From an uncultured Chitinophaga sp. (lineage in GTDB: Bacteria; Bacteroidota; Bacteroidia; UBA7662): a DNA stretch of 64,000 nt. How positions within the stretch are numbered: the first letter of the stretch is position 1; each line of letters opens with the position of its first letter. The DNA is taken from positions 28,020 to 92,019 of the forward strand of contig CAZNWC010000003.1 in NCBI GenBank assembly GCA_964577055.1, given 5' to 3'. This document shows, in pieces, positions 10,336 to 19,614 of this stretch. A program made the translations under genes and the position numbers. The notes under the pieces are model-generated. The model worked only from the letters and a program-made list of their open reading frames with translations, did not search any database and was not told where the DNA came from.

Positions 10336-11568
10336 ATGCTCCGTTTCGTTATTTTGCGGTATTTGGTTGCGAAAAAACGCACCAACTTCATCAATCTCAT
10401 CACTGGTATTTCTTTTTTGGGTGTTTGGGTGGGTACAGCAGCGCTTGTGGTTGTGTTGAGCGTGTACAATGGCCTCGAGGGGCTTACAGAAAGCCTTTAC
10501 AGCAAGTTTAATCCTGATTTGCGTGTTCGTCCGGCGCTTGGCAAGTGGATGGACACCAACACTTTGCGTTCTTTTGTAGAAAATGCCGATGAGGTGGCCG
10601 AATGGTCGTTTACGCTCGAAGAAAATGCACTGATTCGGTATGGCGAAAAGGAGGTGGTAGGTGTGGTCAAAGGAGTTGACGAAGGATTTGCGGAAGTAAC
10701 GCAGCTGCCTGCAGCGATGATGCGGGGCGAATATGTGTTGCGTGATGGCTTTGGATTGCCCTATGCCATGGTGGGCAGCGGTTTGGGATACCATCTGCAA
10801 ATTTCGCTGAATGATTTTAGGCGTGGGATTGAAGTATACATGCCCAGGCGTGGGGCCAAGCTAAACCTGATGCAACCTGAAAGTGCATTCATACAACGCA
10901 ATTTGCAGCCCGCTGGCGTGTTTGATGTGCAACCCGAAATCAATGAACAATACATGCTTGTTCCCCTTGTTTTTTTGCAAGAGCTGCTCCAACTCGAATC
11001 AAATCTTGTTGGTTCGTTGGAGGTGAAGCTAAAACCTGGTGTTTCTGCCGAAAAAGTGATGACCGATTGGCAGATGAAATTGGGAGATGGCTATGAGGTG
11101 AAAGACCGATACAGGCAAGAAGAGGCGTTGTTCAAAATATTCAGATCGGAGAAGTGGTGGACCTATTTTTTCTTGCTACTGATTGTATTGGTAGCTGCGC
11201 TCAACCTCATTGGTTCTTTGTCGATGTTGGTGATTGAAAAGAAGCGCGATATTGCCATTCTCAGCAGTTTAGGGGCATCGGCCCGTCAGTTGTTTGCCTT
11301 GTTTTTTGGTCTGGGAATGCTCATTACGGGTATAGGAACCGTTTTGGGTTTGTTGAGTGGCGCCCTGCTGGTGACCTTGCAACAACACTATGGTTTTGTA
11401 CAATTTGCAGGCGAAGGCAGCTTCTTGATCAGTGCCTATCCGGTTGCCCTGCAAGGGAGTGATATGGTTGCGGTTGCGGCCGGAGTGCTGCTCATCGGCG
11501 CCTTGTGTGCTTTTTATCCGGCGAGCAAGGCAGCAAGGCAAACGGTAGCTGAACATTTAAGGGCATAA
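10336..11568 (+). CDS. FtsX-like ABC transporter permease (LolC/LolE family)
   Basis: 410 aa. The LolE-like N-terminus is LRYLVAKKRTNFINLITGISFLGVWVGTAALVVVLSVYNG. It has a MacB-like periplasmic domain and a C-terminal FtsX 4-TM region. Confidence 0.8.
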   Translation: MLRFVILRYLVAKKRTNFINLITGISFLGVWVGTAALVVVLSVYNGLEGLTESLYSKFNPDLRVRPALGKWMDTNTLRSFVENADEVAEWSFTLEENALIRYGEKEVVGVVKGVDEGFAEVTQLPAAMMRGEYVLRDGFGLPYAMVGSGLGYHLQISLNDFRRGIEVYMPRRGAKLNLMQPESAFIQRNLQPAGVFDVQPEINEQYMLVPLVFLQELLQLESNLVGSLEVKLKPGVSAEKVMTDWQMKLGDGYEVKDRYRQEEALFKIFRSEKWWTYFFLLLIVLVAALNLIGSLSMLVIEKKRDIAILSSLGASARQLFALFFGLGMLITGIGTVLGLLSGALLVTLQQHYGFVQFAGEGSFLISAYPVALQGSDMVAVAAGVLLIGALCAFYPASKAARQTVAEHLRA

Positions 11569-11609
11569 AAAAAGGCGGCTATTCGCCGCCTTACGTGCTG
11601 GTGAGGCAA

Positions 11610-12092
11610 TTATTTCGCTTGTGCGTTGCTCGATTCGTTTTCAAGCTGCTTGCGATCGCTTACCTTACCACGCTCATCAAACATGGCCCACTCACCCACC
11701 GGCTCACCGTTTTTGTACGTTAACTTATAGCGTAGGTTTCCTTCGGTATCCCATACCAACCATTCGCCATCTTTGTTGCCGTTATGGAAATGAGCAGTGC
11801 TCATCAATTGTCCGTTTTCGTTGTAGGCCGACCAACTGCCGTGCTTCTGACCGGCGAGGTAGTAACCTGTTTCTTTTACTTGACCGTTTTCGTAAAAACG
11901 TGTGATTTTACCTTCTGGTTTGCCATTCACAAAGGCAATTTCAGCCGTTTTTTGGTCGGCCGCATTGTACATCACTTTTAAGCCGGTAAAACTTTCGCCA
12001 TTACCACCTGCAGCGATCAACTCAACCCGTTGTGCCAATAGCACGCCGCTGCTCAGTAACAAGGCCACGAGGGCCATCAGCATCTTTTTCAT
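11610..12092 (-). CDS. MORN-repeat (YwqK-family) periplasmic protein
   Basis: 160 aa with a signal peptide. It carries tandem G..G.W..Y..NG MORN-type repeats. Confidence 0.7.
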   Translation of the reverse strand: MKKMLMALVALLLSSGVLLAQRVELIAAGGNGESFTGLKVMYNAADQKTAEIAFVNGKPEGKITRFYENGQVKETGYYLAGQKHGSWSAYNENGQLMSTAHFHNGNKDGEWLVWDTEGNLRYKLTYKNGEPVGEWAMFDERGKVSDRKQLENESSNAQAK

Positions 12093-12444
12093 ATCTCCTC
12101 CTCTTGTTATGTCAAAGTTAACGAAATATTAACTTAATGTTAACTAAGGGGGTTCAAAAAATTTATTATTTCTTTGACATAATTGCAAGTAATTGAAATA
12201 CAGGCATATGAATATGGTTGGAGCCTCAATATTTTGATGATAAAACCACCCAATCTGTTAACATTGAGGTAATATTGGGGTAAAATCGACCGGATGTATG
12301 CTGTGATTTTGGCTTTTGGGCTGCCGAATAGTTGGAGTTTCGGCTTTGGTTTAGCTGCTTTGCCGGTGTTTGCCGGGCCAATGGTATGCCGAAACACTGT
12401 ATCTCCTTATCTTGCTGCGTGGATTTAAAGCACCGCCAATGGAT

Positions 12445-12480
12445 CCGGCGACTGGGATGGGCCGGGTTTTTATTTTTTTT
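12445..12480 (+). terminator. Orphan intrinsic terminator-like hairpin plus T-run on the + strand
   Basis: The hairpin CCGGCgactgggatggGCCGG is followed by GTTTTTATTTTTTTT. No plus-strand gene lies upstream, since both flanking genes are on the minus strand. Confidence 0.4.
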
Positions 12481-12534
12481 GATAAAAGGCCTTGTTTGGC
12501 TGGCTGTATTCTACGGTCTGGGCAAGTGGTTAGG

Positions 12535-13527
12535 TTAAACCTTTGACCTGCATGCCTCGGCCCCTGCCCGCATGGTGTCTTGCCACGGGGTATAGGCAAA
12601 TTGAGGCAACACCCCTTGAATGGCAGTACCACCAAAAAGGCGCAAACGATAGGCCGAACCTACGGTTTCACGCGTGATGAAGGCCTGCATTCCCGTGATG
12701 GTCGACCAAAGCATGTTAAGCCTCCAACCCAGGTTGGCCAGCCAACGCGGCGGAATGAAGGTCGGTGGCGCTACCCCAAGTGCATGGGCCATGTCGCTGA
12801 ACAGGCGGGTGTAGGGTAAATTCAGGTGGTTGAGCACCCAGCGCTTGTTTATAATATTCGCTTCGTGTAAGGCAATCATGGCACGGGCCACATCGCGCAC
12901 ATCTACAAATCCAGTACCTCCCGTACTGCTGAAGCGCATGCCTTCGGCAATCTTGCGGAAGAGTTGATTGCTTCCGGAGGCAACTTTTCCAGGGCCCAGA
13001 ATGACCGAAGGATTCACCACAATGACTTCCAGACCTTCCTCCATGCCTCTCCATACCTCGTTTTCGGCCATAAACTTTGAAATGGCATAATTCGAATGGC
13101 CACTGTCGGTTTTCCAAGAGGCTTGTTCATCTACCAATTGTCCGGGCTCGGAAGCATCGCCCAAAGCGGCTATGCTGCTTACATATACCAAACGTTTCAC
13201 ACCAGCATGCAAACAGGCGTTTACCAAGTGAGCAGTACCCCGAATATTGGTTTCAAACATTTGCGTGCGAAAACGAGGATCGTAAGAAATGAATGCAGCC
13301 GTGTGAAAAACCGTATCAACGCCTGTGAGAAGCTCTTCGAGTGAGAAGATATCGTTCAAATCGCCTTTGCACCAGTCGATGTGTGGATGATGGATGTTTT
13401 TCAATTGGCCATGACCGCCTTGCAGGGCTTCGTTCCGATACAAGGCCCGCACCCGATACCCTTTGTCGATGAGTTGTTGAAGCGTATGTTCGCCTACAAA
13501 TCCTGTGGCACCGGTAAGTAGTATCAT
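12535..13527 (-). CDS. NAD-dependent epimerase/dehydratase family protein
   Basis: 330 aa. The N-terminal Rossmann segment MILLTGATGFVGEH fits the 3-beta-HSD / NAD-epimerase family. Confidence 0.8.
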   Translation of the reverse strand: MILLTGATGFVGEHTLQQLIDKGYRVRALYRNEALQGGHGQLKNIHHPHIDWCKGDLNDIFSLEELLTGVDTVFHTAAFISYDPRFRTQMFETNIRGTAHLVNACLHAGVKRLVYVSSIAALGDASEPGQLVDEQASWKTDSGHSNYAISKFMAENEVWRGMEEGLEVIVVNPSVILGPGKVASGSNQLFRKIAEGMRFSSTGGTGFVDVRDVARAMIALHEANIINKRWVLNHLNLPYTRLFSDMAHALGVAPPTFIPPRWLANLGWRLNMLWSTITGMQAFITRETVGSAYRLRLFGGTAIQGVLPQFAYTPWQDTMRAGAEACRSKV

Positions 13528-14594
13528 GTAAACAATTCCATTAAAACGCCGGCGCTGTGGTTGTGCGAACTGCCCGTCACTTCGCTATAAACGTTAGGTT
13601 GGTGAAGATAACGCAACAAGCCGAGGAAGGCGAAAATGAGCGCTTCTTTTTGCTCCACTACTTCCGCTTTGGGGATTTCAATGTCAACGGAAGTGTGCCT
13701 TTTGAGCTGCTCAATCAAATAATGATTCCATGCTCCACCGCCGCTTACCAATATCTTGCCCTGTGCAATATGCGCTGAGAGTTCGCGACCCATTTGTTGG
13801 GCCAGGTGATGGCTGTAGGTATGCAACACATCGCGAGGGGGAAGGTTGTGCCTTTGGAGCAAGGGCAACAGGCTGCGTTCGAAATCCTCTCTGCCGAGTG
13901 ATTTTGGGGCCTTTTTTTGGTAGTAAGCCCAGTGCTGGAGTTCATCGGCCAATGCCGGAACGTAATCACCGGAGGCGGCCAGCGCACCGCCATGGTCGTA
14001 CGCAAACCCCAATCGTTCGCTGAAGTGATTGAATACCATATTGCAAAATGCCATGTCCCAAGCATAGCGTTTGCCATGGATGGCAAGCGATACGTTGGCA
14101 ATGCCACCCAAATTGAGGCAGGCAGCGTATTCGCCAAAGAGCAAAGCATCGCCAACGGGAACGAGTGGTGCGCCCTGACCGCCCAAGGCTACGTCGGCAC
14201 TGCGAAAATCATATACGACTGGCAAACGCATCCTTGCAGCCAAATGGCTTGCCCCGCCTATTTGCAAGGTGTAGCCACTTTCGGGTTGGTGCAAAACCGT
14301 ATGTCCATGGCTGCTGATGAGAAGGGGCTGTGGTTTGTGCTCAAGAAATCCGGCAACCGCATCGGCAAAAAACATCCCCAATAACTTATCGAGGGCTTGC
14401 ACTTCATCCACCCGCGCCTCGTGCGCAAGTCGCAACCGATCGGCCAAAGCAGGAGGGTAGGGCTCAGTATGGGCATGCTCTATGTTAAAATGCCATTTTT
14501 GCCCATCGAAATGGAATTCACATAGACACATGTCTACACCATCGAGCGAGCTGCCCGACATCAAGCCCAAAACCCGCCAGCTGCCGGTTTGCAT
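13524..14594 (-). CDS. anmK: Anhydro-N-acetylmuramic acid kinase
   Basis: 356 aa. The AnmK N-terminus is LGLMSGSSLDGVDMCL, and the C-terminal region is ASKHA-like. It overlaps the downstream epimerase gene by 4 nt. Confidence 0.85.
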   Translation of the reverse strand: MQTGSWRVLGLMSGSSLDGVDMCLCEFHFDGQKWHFNIEHAHTEPYPPALADRLRLAHEARVDEVQALDKLLGMFFADAVAGFLEHKPQPLLISSHGHTVLHQPESGYTLQIGGASHLAARMRLPVVYDFRSADVALGGQGAPLVPVGDALLFGEYAACLNLGGIANVSLAIHGKRYAWDMAFCNMVFNHFSERLGFAYDHGGALAASGDYVPALADELQHWAYYQKKAPKSLGREDFERSLLPLLQRHNLPPRDVLHTYSHHLAQQMGRELSAHIAQGKILVSGGGAWNHYLIEQLKRHTSVDIEIPKAEVVEQKEALIFAFLGLLRYLHQPNVYSEVTGSSHNHSAGVLMELFT

Positions 14595-14596
14595 GT

Positions 14597-15559
14597 TTAG
14601 TTGCTTTCGATGATGCGGAACAAATCGTCGAGTTTTGGGGTGAGAATGATCTCGGTGCGCCGGTTTTTCGACCGTGCTTCAGCAGTTTTGGCAGGATCGA
14701 GTGGTTGGTGCTTGCCTCTGCCTGCAGCAGTGATGCGTGCCGGATCTATTTTGCCGTTTTCAACCAGTATTTTAACGATGCTGGTGGCGCGCTGCACGCT
14801 CAAATCCCAGTTTACCTGGTCGGAACCCTGGTCATCGGTATGTCCTTCCACCAAAATGCTGATTTCGGGGTTGCTTTCGAGCACCTTGCCCAGCTCTTGA
14901 ATGGCACTTCGGCCGCGCGGATCAACAGCCGAGCTGCCGGTGCGGAACAGCAGCTGCTCCGAAAGCGATACATATACCTTACCGTTCTTTTCTACTACCG
15001 TCAAGCCGCTGTTTTGGAAGCCCAACAAGGCTTTGGCAACGGCATCTTTGAGTTTTTTGACAGCTGCATCCTTGGCATCGAGGGTGGCTTGCAGTTCCTT
15101 TACCTTTTTTTCACGTGCTTCGAGATCGGCTTCGGTAACTTTGAGTCGCTTTTCAATCTCTACCAATTCGGCTTCCTTTTTCTTTACCAGCAGCTCGTTT
15201 TGTTTGAGCTCACGGGCCAAACGTGCATTTTCGGCCATGCTGTTGTTCGAAATGGCTTCGTTGGTTTTTACCAGATCGTCGATGAGCGCGTTGAGCTGCA
15301 CAATGCGGTCCTGGGCCTGTTTGATCTCTTGCGAGGCCTTTTCGGCATCTTCTTGCAGACTTGCTTTTTCACTGCGCAACGATTCCATTTCGGTGTTTAG
15401 GGCATCGTTTTGGCCAGTGAGTTGCTCAATGGTTTTTTGCTGCGACTGCGTTTCTTTTTCGAGTCGGGTACGGTCGGTGAGCACCGCATCGTGTTGTTTT
15501 TGCGATACGCAGGCGCTTAGGCTGCCGGCAGTAAGCAATAGGAAGAAGGCTTTTTTCAT
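14597..15559 (-). CDS. OmpA-family lipoprotein with coiled-coil region
   Basis: Lipoprotein signal MKKAFFLLLTAGSLSAC. A long coiled coil precedes the C-terminal OmpA/MotB peptidoglycan-binding domain (GHTDDQGSDQVNWDLSVQRATSIV...RRTEI). The start was chosen at MKK rather than the longer ORF. Confidence 0.8.
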   Translation of the reverse strand: MKKAFFLLLTAGSLSACVSQKQHDAVLTDRTRLEKETQSQQKTIEQLTGQNDALNTEMESLRSEKASLQEDAEKASQEIKQAQDRIVQLNALIDDLVKTNEAISNNSMAENARLARELKQNELLVKKKEAELVEIEKRLKVTEADLEAREKKVKELQATLDAKDAAVKKLKDAVAKALLGFQNSGLTVVEKNGKVYVSLSEQLLFRTGSSAVDPRGRSAIQELGKVLESNPEISILVEGHTDDQGSDQVNWDLSVQRATSIVKILVENGKIDPARITAAGRGKHQPLDPAKTAEARSKNRRTEIILTPKLDDLFRIIESN

Positions 15560-15578
15560 GCTTGGATCAGGTTTTCGG

Positions 15579-16784
15579 TTAAAAAAAATCGTGGCTGTGC
15601 GGATATCGTTCAAACCAGGCAGTTTTCACCAGCTGGCTGAGCTTGTCACGTAATTCGTCGATGTTTATTTTGGAGGTGGCCGAAATAAACAGGCAATTTC
15701 CGCTTGTTTTGGCCATCCAACTTTGCGCCAGCTTTTCTATGGGCGGATGTTCTTCTAAAAATTCGGGTTCGTCGTGGTGGGCAGCACGGGCCGCTTCCCA
15801 ACGATCGACTTTGTTGAACACGGTGAGCATGGTTTTTTCGCCTGCCCCCAATTCACGCAAGGTTTGCAACACCACTTCCATCTGTTCTTCAAAGTTTGGG
15901 TGCGACAAATCGACCACATGCACCAAAATATCGCTTTCGCGCACTTCGTCGAGGGTGCTTTTGAACGACTCTACCAAGTGGTGGGGCAATTTGCGGATGA
16001 AACCCACCGTGTCGGACAACAAAAACGGCACATGGTTCACCACCACTTTGCGCACCGTTGCGTCGAGGGTAGCAAATAGCTTGTTTTCGGCAAATACTTC
16101 CGATTTGCTGAGCAAGTTCATGAGGGTCGATTTGCCCACATTGGTATAGCCTACCAAGGCTACCCGAATGGCTTTGCCCCGGTTTTTCCGTTGGGTGGCG
16201 TTTTGCCGGTCGATGAGTTCGAGCCGCTCTTTGAGCAAGCTAATGCGGTTGCGGATAATCCGTCGGTCGGTTTCAATTTCTTTTTCACCTGGACCTTTCA
16301 TGCCGATACCGCCTTTTTGTTTGCTCAAGTGCGTCCACATACGGGTCAGGCGGGGCAAGAGGTATTCGTGCTGAGCGAGCTCCACTTGGGTTTTGCTTTG
16401 GGCGGTTTGGGCCCGGCGGGCGAAAATATCGAGGATAAGGGTACTGCGGTCGAGTACCTTCACCGAGGCTTCGAGCGGGTCGGGATTAAATTCACGTTCG
16501 ATATTGCGCAGCTGCGAAGCGCTGAGTTCGTCGTCAAACAGCACCAAATCGATGCTTTCGGCCTTGACGTAGGTAGCGATTTCTTCCAGCTTGCCGGTAC
16601 CCACATAGGTGCGCGGATCGGGTCGGTCGATTTTTTGGGTAAAGCGCTTGCGGGTACTGGCCCCGGCAGTTTCGGCTAAAAAAGCAAGCTCATCGAGGTA
16701 TTCCTGTGCCTTTTCGGCCGGCTGGGCGGAAGTGATGAGGCCTACGAGTACGGCGCTTTCCTGCTGCCTGGAGGTTTCGAACAT
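15579..16784 (-). CDS. hflX: GTPase HflX
   Basis: 401 aa with the HflX N-terminal domain. The G1 motif is GYTNVGKSTLMN, and DTVGF and NKVD motifs are present. Confidence 0.9.
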   Translation of the reverse strand: MFETSRQQESAVLVGLITSAQPAEKAQEYLDELAFLAETAGASTRKRFTQKIDRPDPRTYVGTGKLEEIATYVKAESIDLVLFDDELSASQLRNIEREFNPDPLEASVKVLDRSTLILDIFARRAQTAQSKTQVELAQHEYLLPRLTRMWTHLSKQKGGIGMKGPGEKEIETDRRIIRNRISLLKERLELIDRQNATQRKNRGKAIRVALVGYTNVGKSTLMNLLSKSEVFAENKLFATLDATVRKVVVNHVPFLLSDTVGFIRKLPHHLVESFKSTLDEVRESDILVHVVDLSHPNFEEQMEVVLQTLRELGAGEKTMLTVFNKVDRWEAARAAHHDEPEFLEEHPPIEKLAQSWMAKTSGNCLFISATSKINIDELRDKLSQLVKTAWFERYPHSHDFF

Positions 16785-16812
16785 GGCACAAAAATCGGGT
16801 AAAAGCGGGGGA

Positions 16813-18180
16813 TTAGAAAATTTTAGGGATAAGCAGGTCCAAACGCTCGGCTTGCACCAGGGTCAATCCTTTCGGAACACTTTGCACTTGTTGGTGGCTA
16901 CTCAAACAAAAACGCTTGAAGCCCAGCTTGGCTGCTTCTGCCAGACGGTTCTCGATTTGCGCCACAGGACGCAATTCACCACCCAAGCCAATTTCGGCTG
17001 CAAAGCAGGTATCGCCGCCCAGCGGCTGGTCTTGCAACGAGCTGGCCAGGGCCAAAGCCACTGCCAGGTCGATGGCCGGATCTTCAACACGCAGTCCGCC
17101 AGCAATATTTAAAAACACATCCAACTGGCCGAGCCGGTAGCCACAACGTTTTTCGAGCACGGCCAACAACATGTTCAAGCGCCGCTGTTCAAAGCCTGTG
17201 GTGCTGCGCTGGGGCGTGCCAAAGGCCGATCCTGCCACCAAGGCTTGTACTTCTACCAGCAAGGAGCGGTTGCCCTCGCGGGTTGAGCCGATGGCCATGC
17301 CACTTTGCTGGTGCCATTGGCGGGTGAGCAGCAATTCACTGGGGTTGGATACCTCCCGCAGCCCGGCTCCCTGCATTTCGTAAATGCCCAATTCGGAAGT
17401 AGAGCCAAATCGGTTTTTGAGGGTACGCACCACCCGATAGCTGTGGTGCCGATCGCCTTCGAATTGCAAAACGGTGTCGACCAGGTGCTCGAGTACTTTG
17501 GGACCAGCGAGCTGGCCGTCTTTGGTGATATGGCCGATCAGGAATACAGGCACCCTGTTTTCTTTGGCAAAACGCATGAATTCGCCGGCTGCCTGGCGTA
17601 TTTGCGATACACTGCCAGGTGCCGATTCGATGAGGGGTGAAAATACCGTTTGGATGGAATCGACAATCAGCAGTTGTGGGCGCACCGCGTCTACCTGACG
17701 AAAAATGGCAGTGGTTTCGGTTTCGGTTAGAACGTAACAATGTTCCTGTGGCAAACCCAAACGTTGGGCACGCAACTTGATTTGCGCCTCACTTTCTTCG
17801 CCCGATACATACAATACGCGCATTTGGTTGAGCTGGAGTGCCAATTGCAACAACAAAGTCGATTTGCCAATGCCCGGCTCGCCTCCCAACAAAATAAGCG
17901 CTCCCGGCACCAGTCCACCTCCCAGTACCCGGTTCAATTCGGCGTCGGGACACTCCAGACGGCGCGTCAAATCGGTGGCTACATCAGCCAGCAGTTGTGC
18001 TTCGGCCGAGCGCTTGGCGGAACTGCCCGAAAAGCGGCGCGTATCGGTGGAAGAGGGCGTTTTTTCACGTATTTCTTCCACCAAACTGTTCCAGCTGCCA
18101 CAACTGACGCACTTACCTGTCCATTGTGCCGCTTGTGCCCCACATTGTTGGCAAACGTACATGCTTTTGAGCTTGCTCAT
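16813..18180 (-). CDS. radA: DNA repair protein RadA
   Basis: The N-terminal Zn-ribbon is YVCQQCGAQAAQWTGKCVSCGSW, with the Walker A motif GGEPGIGKST. The C-terminal domain is Lon-protease-like. The start was chosen at MSKLK. Confidence 0.9.
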   Translation of the reverse strand: MSKLKSMYVCQQCGAQAAQWTGKCVSCGSWNSLVEEIREKTPSSTDTRRFSGSSAKRSAEAQLLADVATDLTRRLECPDAELNRVLGGGLVPGALILLGGEPGIGKSTLLLQLALQLNQMRVLYVSGEESEAQIKLRAQRLGLPQEHCYVLTETETTAIFRQVDAVRPQLLIVDSIQTVFSPLIESAPGSVSQIRQAAGEFMRFAKENRVPVFLIGHITKDGQLAGPKVLEHLVDTVLQFEGDRHHSYRVVRTLKNRFGSTSELGIYEMQGAGLREVSNPSELLLTRQWHQQSGMAIGSTREGNRSLLVEVQALVAGSAFGTPQRSTTGFEQRRLNMLLAVLEKRCGYRLGQLDVFLNIAGGLRVEDPAIDLAVALALASSLQDQPLGGDTCFAAEIGLGGELRPVAQIENRLAEAAKLGFKRFCLSSHQQVQSVPKGLTLVQAERLDLLIPKIF

Positions 18181-18313
18181 GTGCCCAAAGATAGGGGGCA
18201 ACAATTCTCATTTTAGCGCCTTTTTTTTCAATTTGGGAAAAGAACTTACCTGCCGATGTACCACAAGGCTCCCCAAGCGGTAATTTGCGATTGGGTATTG
18301 TTCTTGAAGAAAT

Positions 18314-19579
18314 ATGCTTATGCCATGTACACCTGGTTTGCGTATGCTTTGGATTTGTTTGCTTGCCAGCCTCTTTTTTGGGGCTTGTAAAAAGGACAAT
18401 CCTACCCCTGAGCCGAGTACCTTTAAGGATTTGCGCGTTGCCCAAAGTTTTAATTGGAGCTCCATTGCGAATCTCATTATGAATGTTACGTTAAATGAAG
18501 GGCACAATGGCATGGTGCTCGACCTGCGCGACATGGAAGGTCGGCGCATCGACCGGGTGATAATTGCCAACGACCGTGCACGTTTTAATGTACGTTTGGC
18601 TTCCGATTTACGCGATGTGGTGATCCATTGTCCGATGAGCGGTCAAAACTTGCAATTGCCAGCTTTTAACGCATCCGAGTTTTTTAACCTCAATGAAACA
18701 GCGGCAGCCAATTGGTTGGCGGCAGCCGATACTGATGGCGACAGCATTCCCGACCCATGGGACGATTATCCCACCGATCCCCAGCGAGCATTTCTTGTGG
18801 CTGTACCACATGTGGGCGAACACCATGTGCTTTTTGATGAAACATGGCCTTTGATTGGCGATTATGATTTCAACGATTTGGTGTTGGCCAATCGCATGGA
18901 ATTGCAGTACGATGCCAAAAAGCGCTTGTTGCGGGGCAATGTACAATTGCGTTTGCTCGCTTACTCTGCTGAGCAGGAGTTGGGATTGGGCATGGAGTTG
19001 TTCAGTTCGGTGGCAGGCAGTACCTATGCTTATCCTTTTGGTCCGGCAGCTTTGTTCAGTGGCGTAGCAGCCGACGACAGTGTAGACAATTGCGCCATCA
19101 TCAGTTACAATGTGCGCAGTTTGCAACGTGTGGCTTATACGAACGACGGGGTTGGTTTAACCGCACGACCCGACGAGGTGAGCTTCAACTTCGAATGGGC
19201 TGCGGCCATTGGTGGGGATCACGTTTGGCCCAACTTTTTTGTGTTTCCGACAAGCAACCGCAGCCGCGAGCTGCATGCTTTCGGCTATCCGCCAACTATT
19301 GCCGCCGATTTCGCGCCATTTGCAACGGCCGATGATGCGAGCATCCGTTCATGGCGTTGGTTGGGTAGTTTTGCCATACCCAATGCTTTTTACCGTTCTT
19401 TTCGGAATTTGCCCTGGGGTATAGAATTTTTCCATGCGAATTTTAAGATTCCTCGTGCGGGTGTTGATTTGGCCACGGCCTATCCGCTGTTGACCAATTG
19501 GGCCGAATCGGCGGGGGGCACCAATCTGAGCTGGCGCGATTTTCCCAATAACCAGCAGGTAATTCAACTTCCTGAGTAG
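18314..19579 (+). CDS. LruC-domain (DUF4842-like) lipoprotein
   Basis: Lipoprotein signal ...LASLFFGACKKD. An Asp-rich block DTDGDSIPDPWDDYPTDP is followed by FDETWPLIGDYDFNDLVL, a pattern I recall from the LruC domain family. Confidence 0.45.
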   Translation: MLMPCTPGLRMLWICLLASLFFGACKKDNPTPEPSTFKDLRVAQSFNWSSIANLIMNVTLNEGHNGMVLDLRDMEGRRIDRVIIANDRARFNVRLASDLRDVVIHCPMSGQNLQLPAFNASEFFNLNETAAANWLAAADTDGDSIPDPWDDYPTDPQRAFLVAVPHVGEHHVLFDETWPLIGDYDFNDLVLANRMELQYDAKKRLLRGNVQLRLLAYSAEQELGLGMELFSSVAGSTYAYPFGPAALFSGVAADDSVDNCAIISYNVRSLQRVAYTNDGVGLTARPDEVSFNFEWAAAIGGDHVWPNFFVFPTSNRSRELHAFGYPPTIAADFAPFATADDASIRSWRWLGSFAIPNAFYRSFRNLPWGIEFFHANFKIPRAGVDLATAYPLLTNWAESAGGTNLSWRDFPNNQQVIQLPE

Positions 19580-19614
19580 GGAGCTGAACCAAAATCGCCT
19601 TTTTTTTCGTTGTT

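Noticed and set aside
11610-12092. MORN/YwqK protein as a toxin-antitoxin 'antitoxin'
   Set aside because: It has a signal peptide, so it is periplasmic, and no adjacent toxin gene. The YwqK label is a family name, not evidence of a TA system here.
12332-12538. 68-aa plus-strand ORF in the 12.1-12.5 kb intergenic region
   Set aside because: It reads straight through a hairpin/T-run terminator and has no RBS-like context or domain. More likely a non-coding region.
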